Assembly (NCBI RefSeq): GCF_035084215.1
Contig: NW_027139962.1
Location: 257 to 64,000, forward strand
Direction: 5' to 3'
DNA length: 63,744 nucleotides
DNA from: Heptranchias perlo
Taxonomy: Eukaryota
Each line of letters opens with the position of its first letter. The first letter of the stretch is position 1. Shown here one piece after another: positions 51,321-62,500 of the stretch. The position numbers and the translations under genes were made by a program. The notes below the pieces were generated by a model. That model saw only the letters and a list, made by a program, of their open reading frames with translations. It was not told where the DNA came from and searched no databases.

Positions 51321-51486
51321 TGGGACACTTCCTACTCCATGAGGTCGCAAAGTATCAAAGGGATGGGGGCAGGAGGGAACAAATATTTTAAGAGAGAATT
51401 TGCAGTGTAGTTCCGACGGCCATTATGTTGATTTGTGTATCGGGTTGACGTTGTCTGTAGCCTTTTCTTGTGTAGTGTGATACGGT

Positions 51487-52875
51487 CTCCAACTCTGGCA
51501 TCGCCAAGCTGGCGTCCATGTTGGTAACTTCTGGACCATTCCCCCTCCAACTCTGGCATCGCCAAGCTGGCGTCCATGTCGGGTAACTTCTGGACCATTC
51601 CCCCTCCAACTCTGGCATCGCCAAGCTGGCGTCCATGTTGGTAACTTCTGGACCATTTCCCCTCCAACTCTGGCATCGCCAAGCTGGCGTCCATGTTGGT
51701 AACTTCTGGACCATTTCCCCTCCAACTCTGGCATCGCCAAGCTGGCATCCATGTTGGTAACTTCTGGACCATTTCCCCTCCAACTCTGGCATCGCCAAGC
51801 TGGCGTCCATGTTGGTAACTTCTGGACCATTTCCCCTCCAACTCTGGCATCGCCAAGCTGGCGTCCATGTCGGTTAACTTCTGGACCATTTCCCCTCCAA
51901 CTCTGGCATCGCCAAGCTGGCGTCCATGTCGGGTAACTTCTGGACCATTTCCCCTCCAACTCTGGCATCGCCAAGCTGGCGTCCATGTTGGTAACTTCTG
52001 GTCCATTTCCCCTCCAACTCTGGCATCGCCAAGCTGGCGTCCATGTTGGTAACTTCTGGACCATTTCCCCTCCAACTCTGGCATCGCCAAGCTGGCGTCC
52101 ATGTTGGTAACTTCTGGACCATTTCCCCTCCAACTCTGGCATCGCCAAGCTGGCGTCCATGTTGGTAACTTCTGGACCATTTCCCCTCCAACTCTGGCAT
52201 CGCCAAGCTGGCGTCCATGTTGGTAACTTCTGGACCATTTCCCCTCCAACTCTGGCATCGCCAAGCTGGCGTCCATGATGGTAACTTCTGGACCATTCCC
52301 CTCCAACTCTGGCATCGCCAAGCTGGCGTCCATGTTGGTTAACTTCTGGACCATTTCCCCTCCAACTCTGGCATCGCCAAGCTGGCGTCCATGTCGGGTA
52401 ACTTCTGGACCATTTCCCCTCCAACTCTGGCATCGCCAAGCTGGCGTCCATGTTGGTTAACTTCTGGACCATTTCCCCTCCAACTTCGGCATCGCCAAGC
52501 TGGCGTCCATGTCGGGTAACTTCTGGACCATTCCCCCTCCAACTCTGGCATCGCCAAGCTGGCGTCCATGTTGGTAACTTCTGGACCATTTCCCCTCCAA
52601 CTCTGGCATCGCCAAGCTGGCGTCCATGTTGGTAACTTCTGGACCATTTCCCCTCCAACTCTGGCATCGCCAAGCTGGCGTCCATGTTGGTAACTTCTGG
52701 ACCATTCCCCTCCAACTCTGGCATCGCCAAGCTGGCGTCCATGTTGGTAACTTCTGGACCATTTCCCCTCCAACTCTGGCATCGCCAAGCTGGCGTCCAT
52801 GTTGGTAACTTCTGGACCATTCCCCTCCAACTCTGGCATCGCCAAGCTGGCGTCCATGTTGGTAACTTCTGGACC
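51487..52875. repeat. 58-bp minisatellite (~24 copies) downstream of the BCKDK stop
   Basis: Unit CCTCCAACTCTGGCATCGCCAAGCTGGCGTCCATGTTGGTAACTTCTGGACCATTTCC. Confidence 0.94.
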
Positions 52876-53462
52876 GTTCCTTTCTGAGGAAGACTCCATC
52901 GAGCCGGCGGCCATTTTGGTGCCCACTTGCCGATTGATGGTCGTGCGGTTTGTCCGCGGCTGTGGAGCCAGTGATGTCCCAATGGAGGGAGGGGCAACGT
53001 TGGAGTGAATTCCAGAACCTTGGCACGGGACGCCTCTATCCGTGGCCGCTGGGAACTTGTGTCGGGTTGGCCCCAAAAAAACCCCAATTTTTGGCCACTT
53101 CCCTTTAAGGCCGTAGCCCGCCTTCAACCCCTGCCCTCCCCTTTAAGGGCACAGGGCGTGAGCCAGAACCTTTACGCCAATGCTCCCCCCTGCTTTTCAA
53201 CCGGGGGCTCAATTGGGCGGGTGCCTCCCTTAAAGGGGCATGTCCGCTTCTTAAAGGGGAAGGCCCTCTAATTGTTGACCCGGGTCTTTTCATCGTGACA
53301 CCAACCCTATCGGCGTCCTCCGTCGGGGTCCCGAGGCCTGAATATCATGGACTCTTCCTTACCCCTCCTCCCCCTCCGAGCTGGCTCGTCTATCTTCTAT
53401 TACACTCCACCCCCAACCCCACCATCAGATCCTTACTGCAAACCAGCACGTGAATTCTGGTT

Positions 53463-53468
53463 AATAAA
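53463..53468 (+). terminator. Candidate BCKDK polyadenylation signal
   Basis: First AATAAA I see after the stop, followed by ATTAAA ~16 nt later. Confidence 0.45.
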
Positions 53469-53562
53469 CAGACAGACGTATTAAAAGGAGCTCTTTCTCG
53501 TTCATCCGTGTTAAAAGCAAAGGCGAGGCCCTCGCAGGTAGTGTGTGACCGCGCCGTCGTGG

Positions 53563-54340
53563 GGGGGTCAGTACTGAGGGAGCGCCGCACCGTCGGAGGG
53601 TCGGTACTGAGGGAGCGCCGCACTGTCGGAGGGTCAGTACCGAGGGAGCGCCGCACTGTCGGAGGGTCAGGACCGAGGGAGCGCCGCACTGTCGGATGGT
53701 CAGTACCGAGGGAGCGCCGCACTGTCGGAGGGTCAGGACCGAGGGAGCGCCGTACTGTCGGAGGGACGGTACCGAGGGAGCGCCGCACTGTCGGAGGGTC
53801 GGTGCTGAGGGAGTGCCGCACTGTCGGAGGGTCGGTGCTGAGGGAGCGCCGCACTGTCGGAGGGTCGGTGCTGAGGGAGCGCCGCACAGTCGGAGGGTCG
53901 GTACTGAGGGAGCGCCGCACTGTCGGAGGGTCAGTACTGAGGGAGCGCCGCACTGTCGGAGGGTCGGTACTGAGGGAGCGCCGCACTGTCGGAGGTGCCG
54001 TCTTTCGGATGAGACGTTAAACCGAGGGCCCCGTCTGCCCCTCTCAGGTGGGCGTAAAAGCTCCCACGGCCACTATTTGAAGAAGAGCAGGGGGGAGTTC
54101 TCCCCGGGGTCCTGGGGCCGATATTTATCCCTCGCCCAACATCACTTTAAAAAAAAAACAGATGATCTGGGTCATTCTCACATTGCTGTTTGTGGGATCT
54201 CGCTGTGCGCAAATTGGCTGCCGCGTTTCCCACATTACAACAGCGGCCGCACTTCAAAACATGTCCCTCGTTGGCTGTGAAATGCTTTGGGACGTCCTGA
54301 GGTGGTGAAAGGGGCTGGAGAATTGGGAGTCGATCTTTCC
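53563..54340 (+). mobile_element. Deu-domain SINE with 33-bp array (53563-53996)
   Basis: Array followed by GGTGCCGTCTTTCGGATGAGACGTTAAACCGAGG core and tail. Confidence 0.82.
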
Positions 54341-54774
54341 TTGCTCTTTGGCACCGATTTAATTTTGGTACTGGGAGATTGAGGGTGAATAACTTGGAGG
54401 AGAAAGGATCGTTCTGGTGCCATTAACGCGGAGGATTCACGCCTTCGATCGCTTCGTGACCTTGATCTTCGAAGGCCCCCTCGCTGAATTATCTGGGAAT
54501 CGGCCCAGAACCCTGGTGGAGGGAGCTGAGAAACTTACGTTCGCTGAGGCCTCGGCCCAGCGTTTCGTTCAACGGCTGACCTCCATTTTGCGTCGGCTTT
54601 CGAGCTAAACCTCCATTTTAGGCGCATCTCAAGGCACCGTCCCCACGAAACTCGAAACTGTTTCGACACTCCATTTCTGCTTCGCCCGCCCCCTACTTCC
54701 TTGGAAGAGGAACGGACATCAGCCGAGATTATAGGCTCGGGGGCCTTGAGCGGGTCTCGAGGGAGCAGAAGAGG

Positions 54775-55274
54775 GGATTAGATTAGGTGCGATATTAAAG
54801 GGTAGGGGGAGAGTGGGATTAGACTGGGTGGGATATTAAAGGGTACGGGGAGTGAGGGGGAGAGTGGGATTAGACTGGGTGGGATATTAAAGGGTAGGGG
54901 AGTGAGGGGGAGAGTGGGATTAGACTGGGTGGGATATTAAAGGGTACGGGGAGTGAGGGGGAAAGTGGGATTAGACTGGGTGGGATATTAAAGGGTAGGG
55001 GAGAGAGGGGAGAGTGGGATTAGACTGGGTGGGATATTAAAGGGTACGGGGAGTGAGGGGAGAGTGGGATTAGACTGGGTGGGATATTAAAGGGTACGGG
55101 GAGTGAGGGGGAAAGTGGGATTAGACTGGGTGGGATATTAAAGGGTAGGGGAGAGAGGGGAGAGTGGGATTAGACTGGGTGGGATATTAAAGGGTACGGG
55201 GAGTGAGTGGGATTAGACTGGGTGGGATATTAAAGGGTACAGGGAGTGAGGGGGAGAGTGGGATTAGACTGGGT
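54775..55274 (+). repeat. ~50-bp minisatellite (~10 copies)
   Basis: Unit GGGATATTAAAGGGTACGGGGAGTGAGGGGGAGAGTGGGATTAGACTGGGT. Confidence 0.9.
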
Positions 55275-56261
55275 GTTACTGGACTAGTAATCCAGAGGGG
55301 TACAGTAGTGTAGTGGGTCTGTTACTGGACTAGTAATCCAGAGGGGTACAGTAGTGTAGTGGGTCTGTTACTGGACTAGTAATCCAGAGGGGTCCAGTAG
55401 TGTAGTGATTCTGTTACTGGACTAGTAATCCAGAGGGGTCCAGTAGTGTAGTGATTCTGTTACTGGACTAGTAATCCAGAGGGGTACAGTAGTGCAGTGA
55501 TTCTGTTACTGGACTAGTAATCCAGAGGGGTACAGTAGTGCAGTGATTCTGTTACTGGACTAGTAATCCAGAGGGGTACAGTAGTGTAGTGGGTCTGTTA
55601 CTGGACTGGTAATCCAGAGGGGTACAGTAGTGTAGTGATTCTGTTACTGGACTAGTAATCCAGAGGGGTACAGTAGTGCAGTGATTCTGTTACTGGACTA
55701 GTAATCCAGAGGGGTACAGTAGTGCAGTGATTCTGTTACTGGACTAGTAATCCAGAGGGGTACAGTAGTGTAGTGATTCTGTTACTGGACTAGTAATCCA
55801 GAGGGGTACAGTAGTGCAGTGATTCTGTTACTGGACTAGTAATCCAGAGGGGTACAGTAGTGCAGTGATTCTGTTACTGGACTAGTAATCCAGAGGGGTA
55901 CAGTAGTGTAGTGATTCTGTTACTGGACTAGTAATCCAGAGGGGTACAGTAGTGCAGTGATTCTGTTACTGGACTAGTAATCCAGAGGGGTACAGTAGTG
56001 TAGTGGGTCTGTTACTGGACTAGTAATCCAGAGGGGTACAGTAGTGTAGTGATTCTGTTACTGGACTAGTAATCCAGAGGGGTACAGTAGTGTAGTGGGT
56101 CTGTTACTGGACTAGTAATCCAGAGGGGTACAGTGGTGTAGTGATTCTGTTACTGGACTAGTAATCCAGAGGGGTACAGTAGTGTAGTGGGTCTGTTACT
56201 GGACTAGTAATCCAGAGGGGTACAGTAGTGTAGTGAATCTGTTACTGGACTAGTAATCCAG
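55275..56261 (+). repeat. 46-bp minisatellite (~21 copies) forming the 5' end of a SINE
   Basis: Unit GTTACTGGACTAGTAATCCAGAGGGGTACAGTAGTGTAGTGATTCT. Confidence 0.92.
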
Positions 56262-56620
56262 GAAACGTGCATTCAAATGCAGTTAGAGAATTTGAATTCA
56301 GATTTTTAAAAATCTGGAAATGAGAAGCCAGGGTCTGTAAAAGTGACCATGGAACTGTCGTAAAAACCCAACTGGTTCACTGATGTCTCTTTCGGGAAGG
56401 AAACCTGCTGTCCTTACCCGGTCTGGGCCTATATGTGACTCCAGTCCCACACCGACGCGCTCGACTCTTAACTGCGCTCAGAATTGGCCAAGCAAGCCCC
56501 TGAGTTGTATCAAACACAGTGGTTCAAGAAGGCGGCTCACCACCACTTTCTTCAGGGGCAACTCGGAATGGGCATTAAATGGCGGCCTTGCCAGAGACCC
56601 ACATCCCCAGAATGAATTTT
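56225..56620 (+). mobile_element. Second tRNA-derived SINE family with LINE-derived tail
   Basis: Last array unit continues into B-box-like CATTCAAATGC, a unique body, and GGTTCAAGAAGGCGGCTCACCACCAC..CCCACATCCC tail shared with the LINE at 36285-37781. Confidence 0.72.
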
Positions 56621-56954
56621 TGAAGTGGCAATTCGTTGGCCGTGAAGTGTTCGGCGATTGCTTGCGGTGGGATTTAAAATGCTTCATCCTCGAGTTCAAA
56701 TCCCTCCATGGCCCTCCGAGATCTCTGGGCTCCTCCAGTTCTGGCCTCTTGCGCATCCCCCGATTCCTATCGCTCCACCATTGGCGCGGCCGTGCCTTCA
56801 GCTGCCCAGGCCCTCAGCTCTGGAATTCCCTCCCTAAACCTCTCCGCCTCTCTCTCTCTCTCCCTTCAAGACGCTCCTTAAAACCTCCCTCTTTGACCGA
56901 GCTTTTGGTCACCTGTCCTAATATCTCCTCATGTGGCTCGGTGTCAAATTATGT

Positions 56955-58125
56955 CTCATAACATAAGAAGTAGGAGCAGGCCATTCTGCCCCTCGAGCCT
57001 GCTCCGCCATTCAATAAGATCATGGCTGATCTTCGATCCCCGTATCCCTTGATTCCCCTAGAGTCCAGAAATCTATCGATCTCAGCCTTGAATATACTCA
57101 ACGACCGAGCATCCACAGCCCTCTGGGGTAGAGAATTCCAAAGATTCACAACCCTCTGAGTGAAGAAATTCCTCCTCATCTCAGTCTTAAATGGCCGACC
57201 CCTATGAAGCGCCTTGGGACGTTTTACTCTGAATGCAAGTTGGAGTACTGTGAGCAGTTCTGGGCACCGCACCTTCGGAAGGACATATTGGCCTTGGAGG
57301 GAGTGCAGCGTAGGTTTACCAGAATGATACCCGGACTTCAAGGGTTAAGTTATGAGGGAGAGATTACACAAATTGGGGTTGTATTCTCTGGAGTTTCGAA
57401 GGTTAAGGGGTGACCTGATCGAAGTTTATAAGATATTAAGGGGAACAGATAGGGTGAATAGAGAAACTATTTCCGCTGGTTGGGGATTCTAGGAGTCGGG
57501 GGCACAGTCTAAAAATTAGAGCCAGACCTTTCAGGAGTGAGATTAGAAAACATTTCTACACACAAAGGGTGGTAGAAGTTTGGAACTCTCTTCCGCAAAC
57601 GGCAATTGATGCCAGCTCAATTGCTAAATTGAAATCTGAGATTGATAGCTTTTTGGCAACCAAAGGTATTAAGGGATATGGGCCAAAGGCAGGTATATGG
57701 AGTTAGATCACAGATCAGCCAATGATCTTATCAAATGGCGGAGCAGGCACGAGGGGCTGAATGGCCTCCTCCTGTTCCTATGATTAGAGGGGAGCCGAGG
57801 AGAATTTTTTTTCACCCAGAGGGTGGTGGGGGTCCGGAACTCGCTGCAGATTTCTAGACACAAAAGGCGTCAAGGGGTACGGGGAGAGAGCGGGAATATG
57901 GCATTGAGATGGATGGATCAGCCACGATCCTATTGAATGGCGGAGCAGCCTCGAAGGGTCGAATGGCCTGCTCCCGCTCGATGCCCGAAAGGGGTGATGG
58001 AGACTCGTTACCCGGACGTGAGCCTGAAGGGCCGTGACCTACGGGGGGGCTGCGGACCGAGTGGCTCTTTCTCGGCCGGCACGGGGCACGATGGGCCGAG
58101 TGGCCGCCACCTTCTGTGCCGTAGC
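56955..58125. mobile_element. Cluster of CR1 3' fragments in both orientations
   Basis: 57240-57783 (+) is nearly identical to 19672-20215; 56955-57203 (-) matches 24096-24260. Confidence 0.85.
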
Positions 58126-58389
58126 TTTCTACGGTAAGGCGTATGATGAGCCTCACCGTCGGCGGTAAGTTGAGGTGAAGGATCTGTTGACCTGTTACTT
58201 GGGGGTATGGGTTATTTTGCTGCGATGTCCTTAATTTCACCCCCCCCCCTCATCCCCACCTTAAAGGGGAGTGCAAATTAAAGGGAGTGGCGTTGATTTT
58301 TTTTTTGTGCAAACCCAGTCTGCAGAACCCTCCATCTGCCACCCAAGAATTAATTTGGCTGCTTCATCATGGCAGTAATGGTGGGGGTG

Positions 58390-59020
58390 GTGGAAAGACT
58401 ACATTTCCCATGAGGCAGCGGGATGGGCGCGCGCGTGCGCACTCGTGGCCTTTGTCCCTGCCTGGGGCGGGTTCTGCCGAATTGCCTGCTGGGTGATGTA
58501 GGCACAGCCTGCCGGGAGGGAGCGAGTGGACTACGCCCCCCAGAAGCCTTTGCGGCGCCGACGCATGCGCTGCGCGGCCCCTATCGGTGGGGGGGGCGGC
58601 TGCTGATTTGTTGCGGCTGAAAATGGGACCGGCTTTTTAAAAAAATAATAATAATAATAATTCCATCAAGTGGGAAGAACAACAAAAAAAGAATCGCTTT
58701 GGGGTTTTTTTTTTAAGGGGATTTAAACTACAGCTCCCCTCAGGCCTCGGGGGTGGTGGGGGCATGAGCGCGGTGCGTTGTGGGAGTTGTAGTGCGGGGC
58801 CGCGCAGCCGCGCATGGCGGAGTAGGTTGAAAAAACTACAACTCCCGTCAGGCCTCGGGGGGTGGCGGTGGTTGTGGGAGTTGTAGTGCGGGTCCGCGCA
58901 GCCGCACATGGCGGTGTGAGGGGGTTAAACAAAACTACAACTCCCGTCGGGCGGCGCGGCCGCGCCTGCGCAGTGGGAGAGAGAGGGAGGGAGGAGAGGA
59001 AGAAGGAGACGGCCGCCATG
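58390..59020. promoter_or_regulatory. CpG-island promoter with six ACTACANNTCCC (ZNF143/THAP11-type) motifs
   Basis: Motifs at 58398, 58727, 58835, 58934 (+) and 58781, 58875 (-); NRF1-like GCGCATG/TGCGCA elements. Confidence 0.75.
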
Positions 59021-59360
59021 ATGGCGGGGAAAATGGAGACGAGGAGGAGGCCGGAGCGCTGCGAGTGAACGGTGGGCGTCCGCCTCGAAATCAATCAGCG
59101 AAAAACCTCGTCCTCCTTTCACACAACGTCGAAGAAAAAGCTTTAAATCAAAAAAAATAAAAAAATTTTTACCTCACGATTTTCTTTCCCCTCCCTCCCT
59201 CCCTCCCTCCCCGACCTCGGATTCCTCAACATCGCGGGAGGGGATGATGGCGGCGGCGGTGGATGAGGTAACGGCGGCGGTGGTGGTGGAGGTGATGCCG
59301 GCGGCGGCGGCGGTGGTGCTGATGAGGAGAGCCCGCGGATCGGCCCGGCCCTGACCTGAC

Positions 59361-59405
59361 ATGGCGCTGAGCCCCGAGGATGAGGAGCAGGAGAGCGGCG
59401 CGCAG
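59361..59405 (+). CDS. Putative first coding exon of an unidentified gene (MALSPEDEEQESGAQ)
   Basis: Strong Kozak gacATGg downstream of the CpG island, followed by CAG|GTTAAT donor; no later exon seen in the window. Confidence 0.4.
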
Positions 59406-59529
59406 GTTAATAAAAGGATCGGTCTCCGGGGGGTTTGTCTCGGCGAAATAATATCCAGGAGTTTTAAAAAAAAAACCCTCTTCCCCTCTCTCAATATCAT
59501 GGAAGTCTGAGGAGAAAGAGTAGGGGGGG

Positions 59530-62500
59530 TTTGCTGCTGCTCATTAAAGGGCTGCTGCCAAAGTGGGTTGCTGCTGCTCATTAAAGGGCTGCTGCCAAAG
59601 TGGGTTGCTGCTGCTACTTTAAAGGGCTGCTGCCAAAGTGGTTGCTGCTGCCCTTTAAAGGGCTGCTGCCAATGTGGTGCTGCTGCTACTTTAAAGGGCT
59701 GCTGCCAAAGTGGTGCTGCTACTTAAAGGGCTGCGGCAGAACGCCTGCTACTTAAGTGGCTGCAGACATGACTTAAAGGGCTGCTGCCAAAGTACTGCTG
59801 CTACTTGAAAGGGCTGCTACCAAAGGTTGCTGCTGCCATTTAAAGGCCTGCTGCCAAAATGCTGCTGCTGCTACTTGAAAGGGCTGCTGCCAAAGTGGTT
59901 GCTGCTGCTACTTTTAAGGGCTGCTGCCAAAGTGGTTGCTGCTGCTACTTTTAAGGGCTGCTGCCAAAGTGGTTGCTGCTGCTAATTAAAGGGCTGCGGC
60001 GGAACGCCTGCTACTTAAAGGTGTTGCTACTTAAGTGGCTGCAGACACGACTTAAAGGGCTGCTGCCAAAGTGCTTGCTGCTGCTACTTTAAAGGGCTGC
60101 TGCCAAAGTGCTTGCTGCTGCTACTTGAAAGGGCTGCTGCCAAAGTGGTGCTGCTGCTGCTACTTGAAAGGGCTGCTGCCAAAGTGGTGCTGCTGCTACT
60201 CTAAAGGGCTGCTGGCCAAAGTGGTGCTGCTGCTACTTTAAAGGGCTGCTGCTAATGTGGTGCTGCTGCTACTTTAAAGGGCTGCTGCCAAAGTGGTGCT
60301 GCTACTTAAAGGGCTGCGGCGGAACGCCTGCTACTTAAGTGGCTGCAGACATGACTTAAAGGGCTGCTGCCAAAGTACTGCTGCTACTTTAAAGGGCTGC
60401 TGCTGCTACTTGAAAGGGCTGCTACCAAAGGTTGCTGCTGCCATTTAAAGGCCTGCTGCCAAAATGCTGCTGCTGCTACTTGAAAGGGCTGCTGCCAAAG
60501 TGGTGCTGCTGCTGCTACTTTAAAGGGCTGCTGCCAAAGTGGTTGTTGCTGCTACTTTTAAGGGCTGCTGCCAAAGTGGTGCTGCTGCTCCTTAAAGGGC
60601 TGCTGCCAAAGTGGTGCTACTGCTACTTTAAAGGGCTGCTGCCAAAGTGGTGCTGCTGCTACTTTAAAGGGCTGCTGCCAAAGTGGGTGCTGCTGCTACT
60701 TAAAAGGGCTGCTACCAAAGATTGCTGCTGCCAAAATGGTGCTGCTGCTACTTGAAAGGGCTGCTGCTACTTTAAAGAGCTGCTGCCAAAGTGGTTGCTG
60801 CTGCTACTTTAAAAGGCTGCTGCCAAAGTGGTTGCTGCTGCTACTTTAAAGGGCTGCTGCCAAAGTGGTTGCTGCTACTTTAAAGGGCTGCTGCCAAAGT
60901 GGTTGCTGCTGCTCCTTAAAGGGCTGCTGCCAAAGTGGTGCTGCTGCTACTTTAAATGGCTGCTGCCAAAGTGGGTGCTGCTGCTACTTTGAAGGGCTGC
61001 TGCCAAAGTGGTTGCTGCTGCTACTACTTAAAGGGCTGCTGCAGAACACCTGCTACTTAAGTGGCTGCAGACACCAGTTAAAAGGCTGCAGCTAAAGTGG
61101 TGCTGCTGCCAAAGTGGTTGCTGCTGCTACTTTAAAGGGCGGCTGCCAAAGTGGTGCTGCTGCTATTTAAAGGGCTGCTGCCAAAGTGGTGCTGCTGCTA
61201 CTGTGGCAGTGGGGATTGTGGATGCTTTGGTAATAATTTTCCAAAATTCTCTGGACTCGGCAAAGGTCCCGGCAGATTGGAAAACTGCTAATGTAACACC
61301 CTTATTTAAAAAGGGTAGTAGGCAGAAGGCTGGAAATTATAGAACAGTTAGCCTAACATCTGTGGTGGGTAAAATTTTGGAGTCTATTATTAAGGAGACA
61401 GTAGCAGAACATTTGGATAAACATAATTTAATAGGACAAAGTCAGCATGGCTTTACGAAGGGGAAGTCATGTCTGACAAATTTGCTTGAGTTCTTTGAGG
61501 ACATAACGTACTGGGTGGATAAAGGGGAACCAGTGGACGTGGTGTATTTAGACTTCCAGAAGGCATTCGACAAGGTGCCACATAAAAGATTATTGCTCAA
61601 GATAAGAAATCACTGGATTGGGGGTAATATTCTGGCATGGGTGGAGGACTGGTTATCTAACAGGAAGCAGAGAGTTGGGATAAATGGTTCATTCTCGGAC
61701 TGGTGGCCAGTGGTGTTCGGCAGGGGTCGGTGCTGGGTCCCCAACTCTTTACAATCTATATTAACGATTTGGAGGAGGGGACCGAGTGTAACATATCAAA
61801 GTTTGCAGATGATACAAAGATGGGAGGGAAAGTAGAGAGTGAGGAGGACATAAAAAACCTACAAGGGGATATAGACAGGCTGGGTGAGTGGGCGGAGATT
61901 TGGCAGATGCAATACAATATTGGAAAATGTGAGGTTATGCACTTTGGCAGGAAAAATATCAGAGAGCAAGTTATTATCTTGATGGCAAGAGACTGAAAAG
62001 TACTTCAGTACAAAGGGATCTGGGGGTCCTAGTGCAAGAAAATCAGAAAGTTAGTATGCAGGTGCAGCAGGTGATCAAGAAGGCCAATGGAATGTTGGCT
62101 TTTATTGCTAGGGGGATAGAATATAAAAACAGGGAGGTATTGCTGCAGTTATATAAGGTATTGGTGAGACCGCACCTGGAATACTGCATACAGTTTTGGT
62201 GTCCATACTTAAGAAAAGACGTACTTGCTCTCGAGGCAGTACAAAGAAGGTTCACTCAGTTAATCCCGGGGATGAGGGGGCGGACATATGAGGAGAGGTT
62301 GAGTAGATTGGGACTCTACTCATTGGAGTTCAGAAGAATGAGAGGCGATCTTATTGAAACATATAAGATTGTGAAGGGGCTTGATCGGGTGGATGCGGTA
62401 AGGATGTTCCCAAGGATGGGTGAAACTAGAACTAGGGGGCATAATCTTAGAATAAGGGGCTGCTCTTTCAAAACTGAGATGAGGAGAAACTTCTTCACTC

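Noticed and set aside
51332-53127. Antisense repeat-protein ORFs up to 554 aa
   Set aside because: The 58-bp unit cycles through all frames, and indels between units shift frame freely, so there is no coding constraint.
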